A stretch of 64,000 nucleotides of DNA. It comes from Paramoeba atlantica (Eukaryota > Protista > Discosea). A program made the position numbers and the translations under genes. This document shows, one piece after another, positions 45,386 to 57,719 of the stretch (position 1 is its first letter; every line of letters begins with the position of its first letter). The stretch lies in contig CDRNVI010000051.1 in the NCBI GenBank assembly GCA_977017575.1, forward strand, positions 62,001 to 126,000, given 5' to 3'. The notes under the pieces are model-generated. The model was not told the DNA's origin. It was given only the letters and a program-made list of their open reading frames with translations, and made no database searches.

Positions 45386-46846
45386 TTACCTTCCTTTCCA
45401 CATACGTTGCACCTCTCGCAACAAATCCTCATGCCGAATCGTGTACGCTAAATTCTTAGAGAGACTCCCTCTTTTTCTTTGCTGCTGTCTGTTGGCCCTG
45501 TCATTTACTGGTTCCTGTACACCCTCCGCTGTGGCGCTCGAGGTGGACACTACACCCACCTGCGCGACTGGCTGTCCCAGCAAATACGCCAAACCGACTG
45601 AACCTGGATTATTATCCTGTGCGCTATTTCCCTCTCCCTCAATGGGAATCGTCGAACTACCGGAGGCATTAACGGAACCTTCCCTTGGCTGAGGACCATA
45701 GCGCCGTAAGCTCTGCGCCTCCGTATCCGCGGAACCCGGCAGATACGAATATTCGCACACCCCTCGCAAGTCCTCCCGCGGGATATATTCCTCACAGCTA
45801 AAACAAAACCTGTGCGCGAACGCAATAAACAGCATTTCGATACAAATACAGAAATCCTGCAGCCCCATCGCGACCTCGGAATCCGTCCAGTACCCGAACG
45901 ACGGCAACAGCCCGAGCGCGTGTAACAGCTCAAAAAACACCCCTTGCCAGAAGGAGAGAAAAATCACACTCTTAATGCACAAAAACTTCCCCAGGGGGCG
46001 TTGCCCCGCGAGCCAGTCCCGTGTGGCGCGGTAGAAATACACCAACGCGGTGAAGGCCACCGTGACGCTCCCATTCACCACAAGGCTAATCCAGAAATAG
46101 CCTTTTGTAACCTCCATCGTCGGGCGGTACACCCTCCCGGCCTCCAGCACCAGCACCGCTGCCGTACACAGCGGTTTCAGCACCATAAACTGAAACACCG
46201 CGAAATGGCAGACCCGCAAAAACGACGGGGTGAGCCTTAAAGGGTTAAAAAAGTAGTGAAAAGGAAAATAATGCCGCAGCGGGGGCCTCTTGGTGGTTTG
46301 CAGACACCCCAGCAAGGTCTCCGCGCCCCCCAGGAGCTCCACCATGAGCGTAAAGAAGTTATACAGCGCGTAGCTCTCGTAGGCGTCACGGATTAAATCG
46401 AGGACCCGCGCGGCGGCGGGGAGCCCAAGACTCGCGAAACTGATCACCGCGTAGACGGGGACCATGAAGAGTACTCGGAGGATTTTACTTTGTTTGTTCG
46501 GCGCGTGGAAGGCCTCGAGATGCTGCAGCATTTGGAACAGGGAGAGTAGGGAGGCCCAGAGGGCGGCGTACCCGGCCAGGAGGAGGGGGAGGGGGGGAAG
46601 GCTTGGAGAGGGGAAGAGAAAAAAAAGAAAAAGCAGGAGAAGGAGAGGGGGGAGGATGCAGAGCGCGAGCCCGGCGGAGTGGTAGAGGGGGGGCCGGGAG
46701 GAGGAGGGGGGGATCATGGGGGAGGCAAGAGGGGGAGGGGAAGGGGGGGCATGGGGTGGAGGGGAGGGGGCGTTTTTTTTAGAGTGAAGAGTTGCGGAAA
46801 AGAGGAGAAAAGGAAGGTAAAAGAGAGGAGGGTTGAGTACTACCAA
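45386..46846 (-). CDS. TMEM184 / organic solute transporter Ost-alpha family membrane protein
   Basis: QHL..F..P..Q..ILRVLFMVPVYA, IRDAYESYALYNFF.LM, KFLCIKSVIFLSFWQ, LQDFCICIEM...A.AH.F.F motifs; several TM segments. Confidence 0.93.
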   Translation of the reverse strand: MVVLNPPLFYLPFLLFSATLHSKKNAPSPPPHAPPSPPPLASPMIPPSSSRPPLYHSAGLALCILPPLLLLLFLFFLFPSPSLPPLPLLLAGYAALWASLLSLFQMLQHLEAFHAPNKQSKILRVLFMVPVYAVISFASLGLPAAARVLDLIRDAYESYALYNFFTLMVELLGGAETLLGCLQTTKRPPLRHYFPFHYFFNPLRLTPSFLRVCHFAVFQFMVLKPLCTAAVLVLEAGRVYRPTMEVTKGYFWISLVVNGSVTVAFTALVYFYRATRDWLAGQRPLGKFLCIKSVIFLSFWQGVFFELLHALGLLPSFGYWTDSEVAMGLQDFCICIEMLFIAFAHRFCFSCEEYIPREDLRGVCEYSYLPGSADTEAQSLRRYGPQPREGSVNASGSSTIPIEGEGNSAQDNNPGSVGLAYLLGQPVAQVGVVSTSSATAEGVQEPVNDRANRQQQRKRGSLSKNLAYTIRHEDLLREVQRMWKGR

Positions 46847-46929
46847 TGCTGGGAGAGAGGGGGGGGTAAAATAATTCCCGCTTCAGGGTAAGAACCGTTT
46901 CGATCATGTATTGCCCCTTTTAACCTCTT

Positions 46930-47790
46930 TCGTTAAGGTTTTGCCGCAAAAAAACATTGGAGTTACTTGAAACTTCTCATTGTATGCGGTGACGAAAAGA
47001 ACGCTGGCACTGTAAGCCGGAGACTCCGAGAAGAGCGTATCACTAATTTAACTCCCCAGTCAGTTCGCAATGCTCTGCGTTCAAATGGGCTACAAGCCGG
47101 TAAACGTATAAAAAAGCCGAAGCTTACTCGACGTCAAAAGAAACTGTGACTAAAGTTTGCTTTCCGACACCAGCATTGGACCTTCGCAGATTGGTGAAAG
47201 GTGTTATGGTCGGACGAGACAAAGCTTTGTCGCTTCGAGAATGTGGGGGACAATTGGGTCTACAAGTCTCCAGGGAAAGGTTTGAGTGACAGGACCACCC
47301 GTGGGACAGTCAAGTACGGAGGGGGGTCCATCATGCTATGGGGCTGCATGGCACCTACTGGTGTGGGGAAGATCGTTCTTGCTGATGGTAACATGAATGC
47401 AGAACAATACGTTCGCATTCTTCGCGACAATCTTGAAATTTCTCTAGAAGACCTTGGCCTGAAGAAAGATCTTATGATTTTTCAACAGGACAACGATCCG
47501 AAGCATACGAGCAAATCGGCAAAGAACTTCTTTGCTGATGAGTCGTAAACGCTTCTGGAGTGGCCTCCGCTGTCCCCCGATCTCAATCGCATTGAGAACA
47601 TTTGGAATCACCTCAAAAGGGCGATTGCAGGTCGTTGCAACGCACCAACAGGAATTTTGGAACTCTGGAAGTGGGCCCAAGAAGAATGGGCTAAAATTCC
47701 AGAAAGTCTGTGTTGCTCTGTGGTAGAAAGCATGCCTCGACGAATGAAGGCTGTAATCAAGGCGAAAGGGGGCGTCACGAAGTACTAAGG
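46930..47790 (+). mobile_element. Tc1-family transposase pseudogene (DD34E type)
   Basis: VLWSDETK, KYGGGSIMLWGCM, FQQDNDPKHTS, WPPLSPDLNRIENIW, MPRRMKAVIKAKGGVTKY; internal stops. Confidence 0.92.
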
Positions 47791-47887
47791 GATAAGTCTA
47801 AAATTAAGTTTTAAGTGAAAGTATATTGTATTCTCCGTCAAAAATATTTTTTTTCAAAATTGCAAAAAAAAATCCTCGGACGATCCC

Positions 47888-50020
47888 GTGTGCGCTCGGT
47901 GGAGACGAAAGCACGAAGGAAATGACTCCTGCATGAAGGATAGCATGGGTCACTATCTTCATCTGAAGTGTCGTCGCTGTGGTCATATCACGCACTCAAT
48001 ACCACAATCCGCTCTTTGTGCTCATGCACGTGTGTGTGAACACCGTGCATTGTCACAGAAAGATCGATCCATCGAATCAACTACGTCGGGTCGATTATGC
48101 CACGAGATAGTTCCCCAACTCCTTTGCACAACGTCTGGATCACTATCTTCGACACTGGCCTTGCTACAAAAATATGAATCATTCAGAGCTCAGGTGCCAT
48201 CGGAGGATGTTGGTAATGTACTTCCGAAGAATGTCCGTACTCTCTATTGCGACATGCACAGATTGGAAGAGCATGTTTCGGGTGATATACGTAGTTCTGT
48301 AGATGAATACGATCTTTTCGGTATGGCCATTGATGCGGGAATCATTCGATTACATCATGAACATGTTCTTATTGCAGTATTATACGTAGGCCCCTATAGA
48401 TGGCTGATGCCACCAATGTACCACCCAAAGTTCGGAGCTTTCAGCGGTAAAGATACTGCCGAAATTGTGGTCAGAGAACTAAAGAGGTGACTTCAAGGAG
48501 CACGTTTTTCCAAGCTAGCGTATCTGGTGGTAGATGGGTGCGCAGTGAATCACGTAGCACGTTCTGAGGCGTACAGTGCACTGGGTGAACTATATTCGCA
48601 AATTGACCCTATAGGCGAATCCGACTGGAGAGACTTCCATCAAAATTTCACCGCTGCTGAACCACATTTAGTACTCATACCATGCATTGGACACTTCCTT
48701 AACAACGTCGCAAAAGACGCTTTGAAGGAATACGAAGAAACTGATCTCTTTAAGCTAAGGAAAGCCTTCGCCCAATCATTCTACGGTTCTACTCGAAATT
48801 CTGGGCGAGGAGGTGAGTATGCAGGTGTCGCACTTGAGGTTCACCTTGCGGACTTCGATGATAAGCTCCAAAGCGCCATCGGAAAGCTGCGTCAAAGGCA
48901 TGGAATGCTAGACGCACAATAGCTAGACTGCCAGGCTAAGGTTGGGGTCCTAAAAATGTTATTAGAAGCTGTACAGGTGTTAATGCTAGTTGTTCTTTCC
49001 GCTCAGGACCTCCATGAAAAATTGTCTTCGCCAGATCTCACATTGAAAGAGAAGCATGAGACCCTACGCGTTGCATTTTCTTCCCTTGATACTGATATTG
49101 AGACAGCTAAGCGTGCCCCTGTGTGCAAGACTCCGAAGTTGGGTGGAGTTACGCGTTAGAGTTCAGATAAATTTTTATCAATTCAGTACCTTGCACAGGT
49201 GCTCCCAACTGTTGCTCGGTTCATACAGCGTCTTGCTACCCGACCGACGAAGGTGCCGTCCGCCTCAGTAATAAAATGCTACAAAATTTTGTCTCAACCA
49301 GATGCTATTTAAAACGTGATAGATACAGCGCATGCCTTTCTCAAACGGCTACATCCTTCGCAAAACGCACTCAAACTTTTTTCGGATGACAAACGAAAAC
49401 CTATGGCAACTTCGGTGATACCTGTCTTGCAAAAATGAAAGAACGATGCGATTCACAATGACAGTTTGCAAAGCGCACTAAATTATCATTCACAGCGTTT
49501 AGAAAAGCATCATTCTATGAAATTTGGGAGCAAGGTTTTGTGGTTGAGTCCTCCATATACGTATAACATTCCGCGACAAAACTATTTCTCCACCTTCCGT
49601 CGACGTTATTAACGACATGCTCGGTAACAACATCCCGATGTTTCAGTGTTCTGTTGAAGCGTGGGAGTTCGTTTTCTGCCAGGATTTCAATTGGCCGGGA
49701 GGGAACTGCACCGAAACTGAGTGGTGGGAAGGCGTTGGAAAGTTTGAATTTCCCGATGTGTATCATATTGCGAAGTGCTATCTCTGGGTTCCTCCTGTAC
49801 TTACCCAATGTGACTCAATAATCTCAATAATGGGTGACAAATTCAACTCTCGACAAACATCGCTATCTCCAGAACACGTTTGTACCCAGATGTTTTTGCA
49901 CGCCAACTTGGAGCATGTTAACAAATTATGCGGCGTTCAAATTTTTGAAGCTGAAGAAAAGTTATCCGACGATCAAAACTGAGCTGAAGAAGTGTTGTAT
50001 TCATATTAGATTTAAATAAA
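47888..50020 (+). mobile_element. hAT transposase pseudogene
   Basis: N-terminal CxxC...H...C, MAIDA, LVVDGCAVN, IPCIGHFLNNVAKD, C-terminal WW...FPDVYHIAKCYLWVP...LSPE...MFLHAN dimerisation region. Confidence 0.75.
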
Positions 50021-50370
50021 GGAGTGTTAAAGTTTTGTCCATGTTAATATTCATACGTCCAGAGCTCCGTTTCGTTGTATTTCTTCCTCGCATCTGAGAT
50101 ATTTTTCTCTGGTTTTTCTCTGTGTTGAACAATAGAAATACATTGTTTCGTTTTACATTTATTATGACTAGTGTTATTTTGAAGCTATTATGACTAGTGT
50201 TATTTTTGAACCTGAAGAAAAGTTATCAGACGATCAAAACTGAGCTGAAGAAGTGTTGTATTCATATTAAATTTAAATAAAGAAGTGTTAAAGTTTTATC
50301 CATGTTAATATTCATACGTCCAGAGCTCCGTTTCGCTGTATTTCTTCCTCGTATCTGAGATATTCTTCTC
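49960..50370. repeat. Direct duplication (~160 bp) at the hAT 3' end
   Basis: gaagaaaagttatc...ggtttttctct present at ~49960-50120 and ~50213-50380. Confidence 0.85.
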
Positions 50371-51112
50371 TGGTTTTTCTCTCAGTGTTGTTATTGTTAT
50401 TGTCGGAACTACGTTTTACGTGGCTTTTCTCAGTATCGTGCTAGTGCTTGGAGTATTTCTTCGCGTATCTCTATTAATAACAAACACTCCTGAAGGTAAG
50501 TCATGCTCAGTACACTATCTTACGAATCGATTATATTACATTCGTGTATTTAGGTATAAATGTATTTATGATCGAACCTATCTTTCTCACCATATCATAC
50601 ATTGTAGGACAATGAAAATGCGAGATCTCACCCCTTTCCACCCCTCCAAGTCCCCGCCTATTCACCCCTTCACTCCACCTCTCGCTGAGTACACAGAACG
50701 TGCATATTCTTCCACCTTGCTGTGCGCGCATCCGCGAAACCGCTTTGTGGTCAACCAAATTAACTACTCGTTAATTAGTGGTTAATTAACACGGTTAATT
50801 GGTTAATTGGTAAATTAACTGTTGGGGTATGTAGTACCCACGCGTACACTACTCTGATATACTACTTCAATGCACACGACACCTGGCCACAGGGAAACAC
50901 CAGCAATAAAAAAGTGTTAAACATGTGAACAGTTTTTTTTGCATACTGTATGTTTGAAATACGTTTCCGTATATTTTCGGTCAAAAGGTTATCAAATATT
51001 ATGAATATGTCCGGTGCCCACGGACTATAAATTGATCACTGCAATGAAGACACTACTTGATTCAACGCAATGAATTTTCCGAACCAAGAACCACTATGGT
51101 GGATGCATGGAT

Positions 51113-51994
51113 TCAAACCCATTGTTCGAGTGATGAGTCAAAGAGGTTGTCACTCAGGTGTATTTGTTTCAGCTTGTCCTTGTCTAGGCCTTCTGCGGTT
51201 ACTCCGGTGAGCTGGTTCTTCGAGAGATCAAGATGCCATAGTGAAGACGGAAGAGACGAAAGATTAGTAGTCCCCTCGAAACGATTACTTTCCAGAGCAA
51301 GTAAGCCCATGGATTTCGGGAGATGATCAAGATCTAGCGTCCCGGTCAGCATATTGTCATTCAAGGCAAGGACGCTTATCCCAGGAGGTAATGCGTGAAG
51401 CTCAATCGGTCCTTCAAAACGATTATCCCCAGAGTATATTTTCCTTATTTTTGGGGGTAACTGAGTGAGATCGACAGGGCCTTCTAGCTTATTACCCTTT
51501 ATGTATAGCTCTTGAAGCTGTACAGGTAGTGTCGTGAAATCAAACACACCTCGATGTGTGTGTTCTGCAGCATTAAAGGATTCTAGTGGTGTGACCAAAT
51601 CGGAGGAATGTAAGATTCCCGTTAAAGCTCTTCCGATGATACTATGTTCGGTATTAACGTAGGTGACGTGTGGGGGCAAGTAACTCCATGTAAGGTTACC
51701 GGAGAGCGGGAAATACCTCCATTGTAGGCGTGAAACTTGGGATTCAGCGTTACACTTTACGCCTTTCCAAGAACAAGCGGAGGGTCGCTTCTTCCACGAA
51801 GGAGGGGTGTCATGAAGATTTAATACGAGACGGCGCATCATGTCGATCTCAGAGAGGGTTACTGAGCTGACCTTGCTTCCAAATTTTCGTCTCTTCTGCG
51901 GAGGTTGTTGCGGCAGGTCGTCCAGAGTGACACAACAATGAGAATGGAAAACAAACACGCGTAGGAGTAGCAGGTAAAGCCAGCCACTTGTCAT
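51113..51994 (-). CDS. LRR family protein, 293 aa, signal-peptide-like N-terminus
   Basis: MTSGWLYLLLLRVFVF..., ACSWKGVKC cap, LRRs. Confidence 0.87.
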   Translation of the reverse strand: MTSGWLYLLLLRVFVFHSHCCVTLDDLPQQPPQKRRKFGSKVSSVTLSEIDMMRRLVLNLHDTPPSWKKRPSACSWKGVKCNAESQVSRLQWRYFPLSGNLTWSYLPPHVTYVNTEHSIIGRALTGILHSSDLVTPLESFNAAEHTHRGVFDFTTLPVQLQELYIKGNKLEGPVDLTQLPPKIRKIYSGDNRFEGPIELHALPPGISVLALNDNMLTGTLDLDHLPKSMGLLALESNRFEGTTNLSSLPSSLWHLDLSKNQLTGVTAEGLDKDKLKQIHLSDNLFDSSLEQWV

Positions 51995-52499
51995 AAAGTA
52001 CTAAGAATCAAGAAAGTTCTTCAAAAAGTTAAACCTGATACTACCATGATCCGTCAAGGGATCAAGGGTCCCGGAGTGTAGAAATATATTGTATACGTGC
52101 AAATACCTGCGATTTGCAACAAATCAATAGCTGTATTTTCATACAGCGTTTATATCAACGTTGCGTTTCGCAAATTGAAGAACGAACAAGACACAGATTG
52201 CGTAAACACGCTTCGTAGCTTTCGAAAGCGTTGTTCCATCGTTGTTCAGCGGCAATCACTGTGGGTGTTAGTGGGCTTTTTTAAGGTAAATTGAATACTA
52301 TCCCTCCCTATTTAATAGGGCTACGTGCCCCCCCTTTAATAGGGCCATTTTGTCTGGAAGGCCCAAATAGATTTCAGGGAAGATCAAAAAAAAATCGATT
52401 TTTTTTCAGCTCTACCCCAACAACAAAAAGTTTATCGAAAGGGAGCAGAACCTTGTTTAACAACGAAAAAAAAGGCGCCGCGACCGGTTTGTGCAGGGT

Positions 52500-53330
52500 G
52501 TGCAGATATTTCGTGTGCTAAAATTATGGTCATGAGCAAGGTTGGGTCATGGGATGCAGGGGACGGCGTTTCATGGCTCAGAGAGCACAAACTCATTACC
52601 TAAACCGTAAAATGTGAACGTGGACATCCGCAAACCACGTGCGTTGGGGCGATGGGCATGTCCCGTGCGCACTTGTCGAGCCCGATACGCGCTGGAGTCT
52701 CCACTTCTGCTCTCGAAATGTCAACTCACTTCTACCCAGGTAATCCTAGGCCACATTGTGTATTCACGCTCAATGAAAGGAAAGGATGTAGCCGAAGAGT
52801 GGAATTTCTGAGCAGGCGCTATGCAAGTTATGCCAGACGTTGGATCATATCATGGCATGGGCTCATCAGTATCGAAGACAAGAGGTGGAAGGGACACTTG
52901 CCTTTATACAAGTGGATGAAACATTTTTTTCTAAAATCATCAGAATCGAAGAGTCCGCCCGGCGGGAAGCGACATTGCGCAAACTTTATGTGAAACCTGC
53001 AGAGCGGGAAAACTTGAAAAAATTTTTATTACGCCAGTCTCTGATAAAAGAGGCCAAACTTTAGTTCCACTTGTGACTGAGATGACTCTAAGACCCCGAA
53101 CAAGGATATGGACGGATGGCGCGGGACGCAATGCTCCAGGATTTGCAAGAAGTTATCGTTTAGAACAGACCATTCATCGAGATGAATGGATGACAGAAGG
53201 GGGTTCATACCAACACGGTCGAGGGGGCGAATACTTAAAAAAAGACTCACATCTGAGGGGGGGAGTTTGGGAAGAAAAGAGGACACTCGAGAGGCACGTC
53301 TTCGTGCCCTAGCAGAAAAGGTTCGCTAAA
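52500..53330 (+). pseudogene. Degenerate Merlin/IS1595-like transposase
   Basis: W.CP..C finger, FIQVDETFF and IWTDG motifs in broken frames. Confidence 0.55.
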
Positions 53331-53486
53331 AAGCTACCACAAATGCCCGCGAATAAGAATATTTGAGGATATACAACACTTCTGTTTTGAGATGCCCCCC
53401 TGTATATGACCCGAGTGTTAATCTGACCCGAGTGCAACCCCTTATATTCCAATGTACAAAATCAGTCTCCATTATTAACTTAAAGC

Positions 53487-54596
53487 CTACCCTTCATATT
53501 TCCCTAAGGCGACGAGGTGCCACCCATCCTGGTCAAGTGCATTCCACCATGTAGAATCCACAAACTGTTCCGTCGATTCTTCGATCTTTTCGATGCTCTC
53601 CTGAAGACGCTCAGGAACAGATCCGTTATAAGCAAACCATTCACCTGACATTGCTTCATATTTCGCAAACCGAGTTGGAATAGAACTCAAATCAGTTTTC
53701 ATCCGAGGAGGGTTTGAAACACAAAGTGTGGATAACTTATGGGGTTTTCGATACATATCTATGTACACGGTAAGGTCGTTCTTAAAAAAAGAGGCAAATT
53801 TCAAGCGATTGGGAAGGACCGAAATGTCCACTTCGCCAACAAATTTATTGTCAGCCAGTGCAAGCCCTTTCAGGGAACGCGACAGTCTTGAAAAATCGAG
53901 CGATCCCGTGAAAGAGTTGTTATACAAGGAGAGCGATATTAGCGACGATGGGAGGTGACTCACATCGACCGATCCTTCCAAACGGTTGCAGTCAAGGGCC
54001 AATTCTACAATGGATGCAGGCAGCGATGTAAAGCACACAGGACCCGAAAAAGCGTTTTCATACAAATATATAATCCGGATCTGCGGGGGCAATGTGGTGA
54101 AATCCAGTCCTCCCGTAAAATGGTTACTATGGCCCCAAAGTCGTGTAAATACTCGAGGAAGATCATTAAGAGGGAAGGGGCCGCTGAGTTGATTCCAGCC
54201 TACGCGAAAATCTTCTAGCGAATCCATTCGTCCAAGTTCAACCCGACCGCAGATCCTGTTCTTATAAAAAAGGCCGTTCTTTAGTGTACTCGGCAGAAAC
54301 AAAAAGTTCATACTTCCTCGCAGTCCCATTTCGAACCATTCGATTTCAACGACATCACGATTTGAGTTTACATGAATTCCGTTCCAGTTCATCGCATTTC
54401 GCTCCACAGTCCACGAGGGATCGGGATTAGAGAGGTTGGCAACAAGTCTTGCTAGGTTGTATTCAGGAGCTAGAACGGACGTATGTACTTTAGATGGCCG
54501 TGTTATTGGTGTGTCGCAGCCAGAAAACAGTAACAATTTGAAAATGCTACTCAGCACGTGGATATTGACTGACTTCATGTTATCTAAATTAATCAT
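53487..54596 (-). CDS. LRR family protein, 369 aa with a non-LRR C-terminal tail
   Basis: TRPSKVHTSVLAPEYNL, WNGIHVN cap, ~9 LRRs. Confidence 0.87.
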   Translation of the reverse strand: MINLDNMKSVNIHVLSSIFKLLLFSGCDTPITRPSKVHTSVLAPEYNLARLVANLSNPDPSWTVERNAMNWNGIHVNSNRDVVEIEWFEMGLRGSMNFLFLPSTLKNGLFYKNRICGRVELGRMDSLEDFRVGWNQLSGPFPLNDLPRVFTRLWGHSNHFTGGLDFTTLPPQIRIIYLYENAFSGPVCFTSLPASIVELALDCNRLEGSVDVSHLPSSLISLSLYNNSFTGSLDFSRLSRSLKGLALADNKFVGEVDISVLPNRLKFASFFKNDLTVYIDMYRKPHKLSTLCVSNPPRMKTDLSSIPTRFAKYEAMSGEWFAYNGSVPERLQESIEKIEESTEQFVDSTWWNALDQDGWHLVALGKYEG

Positions 54597-54863
54597 TTAT
54601 TTTGAGAAAAAGATAAAGTGCAAAAGAATTAAGGAAATGTCAAGGCTTCTCGATTCTAAGGTGGATTGTCAATATCAGTGCACCAAATTTTCATACTCAG
54701 TGCACCATAATTTATATTATTGTCATAGTCAGTGCACCAAGAGATACTTTTTCGCATATTTTGATAGGTATCTTTTTGATCAGATTGAACCAAGTTTGCA
54801 CACTTTTCAAAAATTCTCTTAAAAGTAACTAACTTCTTTTTATTTCCACATCGCTCAATATAA

Positions 54864-56680
54864 ATGCCTAAATATCGCAGATTAAATCTCCAGGAGCGTC
54901 TGGATCTTCAAACGATGTTTGAGAACGGTTCAACCCGCCGAAAAATTGCGAATTCAATAAAAGTCGCATAGCACAGTGACTCGAGAACTAGCGCGAAACA
55001 AAAAGCGGGGCAAGCATTACTTGGCCGGTCACACGAATCGGCTGGCACGAAATTGCCTGAGTAAGAAGGGAACCAGGCCTCAAATTATTTGTGGAGCCTT
55101 GCAGGAGAAAGTTAAGTTGGTTCACAAGGTTCACCTTCTACTATTTATCGTTTCGTTCAACGGGATAAGGACGCAGGAGGAAATGTACACAAGGCTCTTC
55201 GTATTAGAGGGAGACGACCATAGAAGCGTCGCACGAACGGCCGGAGCACGATATGAAACTGCGCCCCTATTAGTAAGCGTCCGAAAATCGTCGACAGACG
55301 GCATCACTCTGGTGACTGGGAAGCTGATCTTGCGGAAGGAAGTAAAAAAAGTGGATATAAACCCCCGCTCACGAAAAGTGACCCCCCTCTTTTTTTTCGT
55401 ACAAATGTCCGTTTGAGCTGATTTTTGTTGCATTTTGTAGATCTCAACACAAGGACTTTGCGCGTGAAGAAATGAGACAAAAAGAAACGAATACGCACAA
55501 TTTAGAGAAGAATTAACATTTTTTCACTTTTTCGCCCTGCAATCTTATACACTCCTTAAGTCGAGAATCAAAACTTAATACTGTTTTGTCGATCACTTTT
55601 TGAGTTAAAGAAGACCATGCTTTACGTACACATCGGATAAGTGAAGGCTTGTCCGATGGCGTTTGTTCGTCTACCGACTCTTGGACCATAGACCAGACGT
55701 TTTCTATGGGGGAAAGGTCGGGCGAGTTGGGGGGCCAGTTTCTTAGAACATCACTCATTCGATTCTCAATATACTCTTTGGAGGCACGGGCAGTATGTGC
55801 CGTTGCCCCATCCTGTTGAAATACACTATTAGGGAGGAAATCTACCTGTTTTGATATTTCTATGTACGTCTTACTTGTAATAGATGTGTCATTTGGTAGA
55901 ATAACCAAATACCTCCACCCACAGGACTCAAAGTGTATTCCCCGCTAGATTTTTTTCGTTCAGATATTTTTTGATTATCCTTCTAGAGACGTTAAAATCA
56001 CGGGATAATTGTTTTATCGGAACACCTTCTGCATGTCTCATCTTCAAAAGAACCTTACCACTATCCGTAAGCGCCCCTTTTGGAAACCGATATGGTGATT
56101 TGGTCATTTTTGGAAAAAAAAGTTGAAAAGCCAATTATTTTTTTTGACTAAATTTTAAAATTTTAAAATGAGCTAAAAACAGCGGGAACGTGCAGATCTC
56201 GAAATTTTGAACGAAACAGTGGTATGATAACCCACCCACGCCCCCATGTGCTAAAAATAAGGGGGGGTCACTTATTCGTGAGCGGGGGTTTATTTTAACA
56301 TTGTGTCAGCGCAAGAGTAGATTCGTTGTTCTTCGCACTCTCAAAACCAAGCAGGCAAAGGAAGTTGAAAGGGAGGTATTGAAAGGGTTAAAGAAATTTA
56401 AAGTTCTTACTATTATTTATGACAATGGGACAGAATTTTGGAATCATGAGAAGGTAAATCAAAAGTTAAATTGCAGGTCGTAGTTCTGTCAGCCTATCAC
56501 TCATGGGAAAAAGGGGCCGTTGAAAATATGAATGGCTTGGTTCGTCAACATCATTCAAAGTCTGATGCTTTCGACATTTTGACGCAGGCTGAAGTTAGTA
56601 AGACGGCACGAAAGTTGAACTATTGACCACGGAAATGTCTCAATTGGGGGATGAAACTGATCCTCTTTGTCGCAAGGTAG
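54864..56680 (+). mobile_element. IS30-family transposase pseudogene interrupted by a Tc1
   Basis: MPKYRRLNLQER...STVTRELARN, STIYRFV, RP..V..R..GDWEAD, ILTLCQRKSRF, YDNGTEF, WEKGAVENMNGLVRQ, PRKCL. Confidence 0.85.
55360..56290 (-). mobile_element. Tc1/IS630-like element (internally deleted) with TA duplication
   Basis: TIR AACCCCCGCTCACGAA.., TA at 55358-59 and 56291-92; FQQDGATAH, WPPNSPDLSPIENVW. Confidence 0.9.
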
Positions 56681-57719
56681 GAGTAGCCTCCCTTCTCTCA
56701 TCCACCATCACCCCGCCCGGGCCAACTTTTCCAGCCTCTGCGCGCTCCAGGACCTTACAAAAGCACGATTAGACACCGCACACTGGAAGTCTCCCTCACC
56801 GCGAGCAAACATGTCTGCTACGACAAGATGAAATTTTCTGGGGTGAAATTGCGTCAAAGCGATCAAGCATAAAAAAAAATATCCATTGCCACTGGTCCTC
56901 CTCTCTTAAATGAAATTCATACGCTATATTGCATCAGACGCAGTAGCTATCTGCTTTTGAGCGTCCGACCCCGGAGCGCGTATTTCATTGAATAGGCCAC
57001 TGCTCATCTTGAAGCGTACCTTCAAGAAGGCCATCTCTATGCTCCCGGGGTCCAAGGTGAAGTGGGCGACTTTGTCGAATGTGTGTGGCGCTCTGTTTCG
57101 GGGAAGCGGTCTTGCGTTTACCAGAAGTGGCGTCAGCGGACCGCTTCTCGTCAAAGTGAAGCAAATAACGGGGCTGGGTCCTCGCCACTACCCCCAGAAT
57201 ACAATCCCCGTTGTATTGGGTGGCTACCACCATCGCTCCTTCATATCCTTCGATTCGTTTCCAGGCCTTGTAGGTGTGTTATGAGACTGTAAAAGGTATG
57301 AAGGTAAGACGGTAGAAGGTAAGGTAACATAGGGTAAGGCAATGTCTTCCACGCTACTGTTGTGTTCTAATCCTAATTACTGTACCCCTCTAGTTATCTG
57401 TCACTACTTTTCGTGAAAAAGTGACAGACACACTACAAGTACTACTTGTACAGTGCAAGCAGTACCGCGGAACACCCTAGTTGTACCCTGTTCTTAGTCC
57501 TGGAGGTTATAAGGTGTGGAAATGCTTGAAAACCAAATTAGCATGACAGACAAGGAATACTCACGTGTGAGTTGTCAATATAAAAGTTGTCAATATAAAG
57601 CAGAACGTCGGAAAATTGTTTTAAATTCGTGATTCTAAGCTTTATGAGCGTAGTTTCAAATTTTACCTCACATGATCAAGTTTTTTTGAACTCGTGTTTT
57701 CTTTATTTTTTTAACGTGT

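Noticed and set aside
54670-54745. Three CAGTGCACCA repeats as IS30 or Tc1 termini
   Set aside because: No matching inverted partner found
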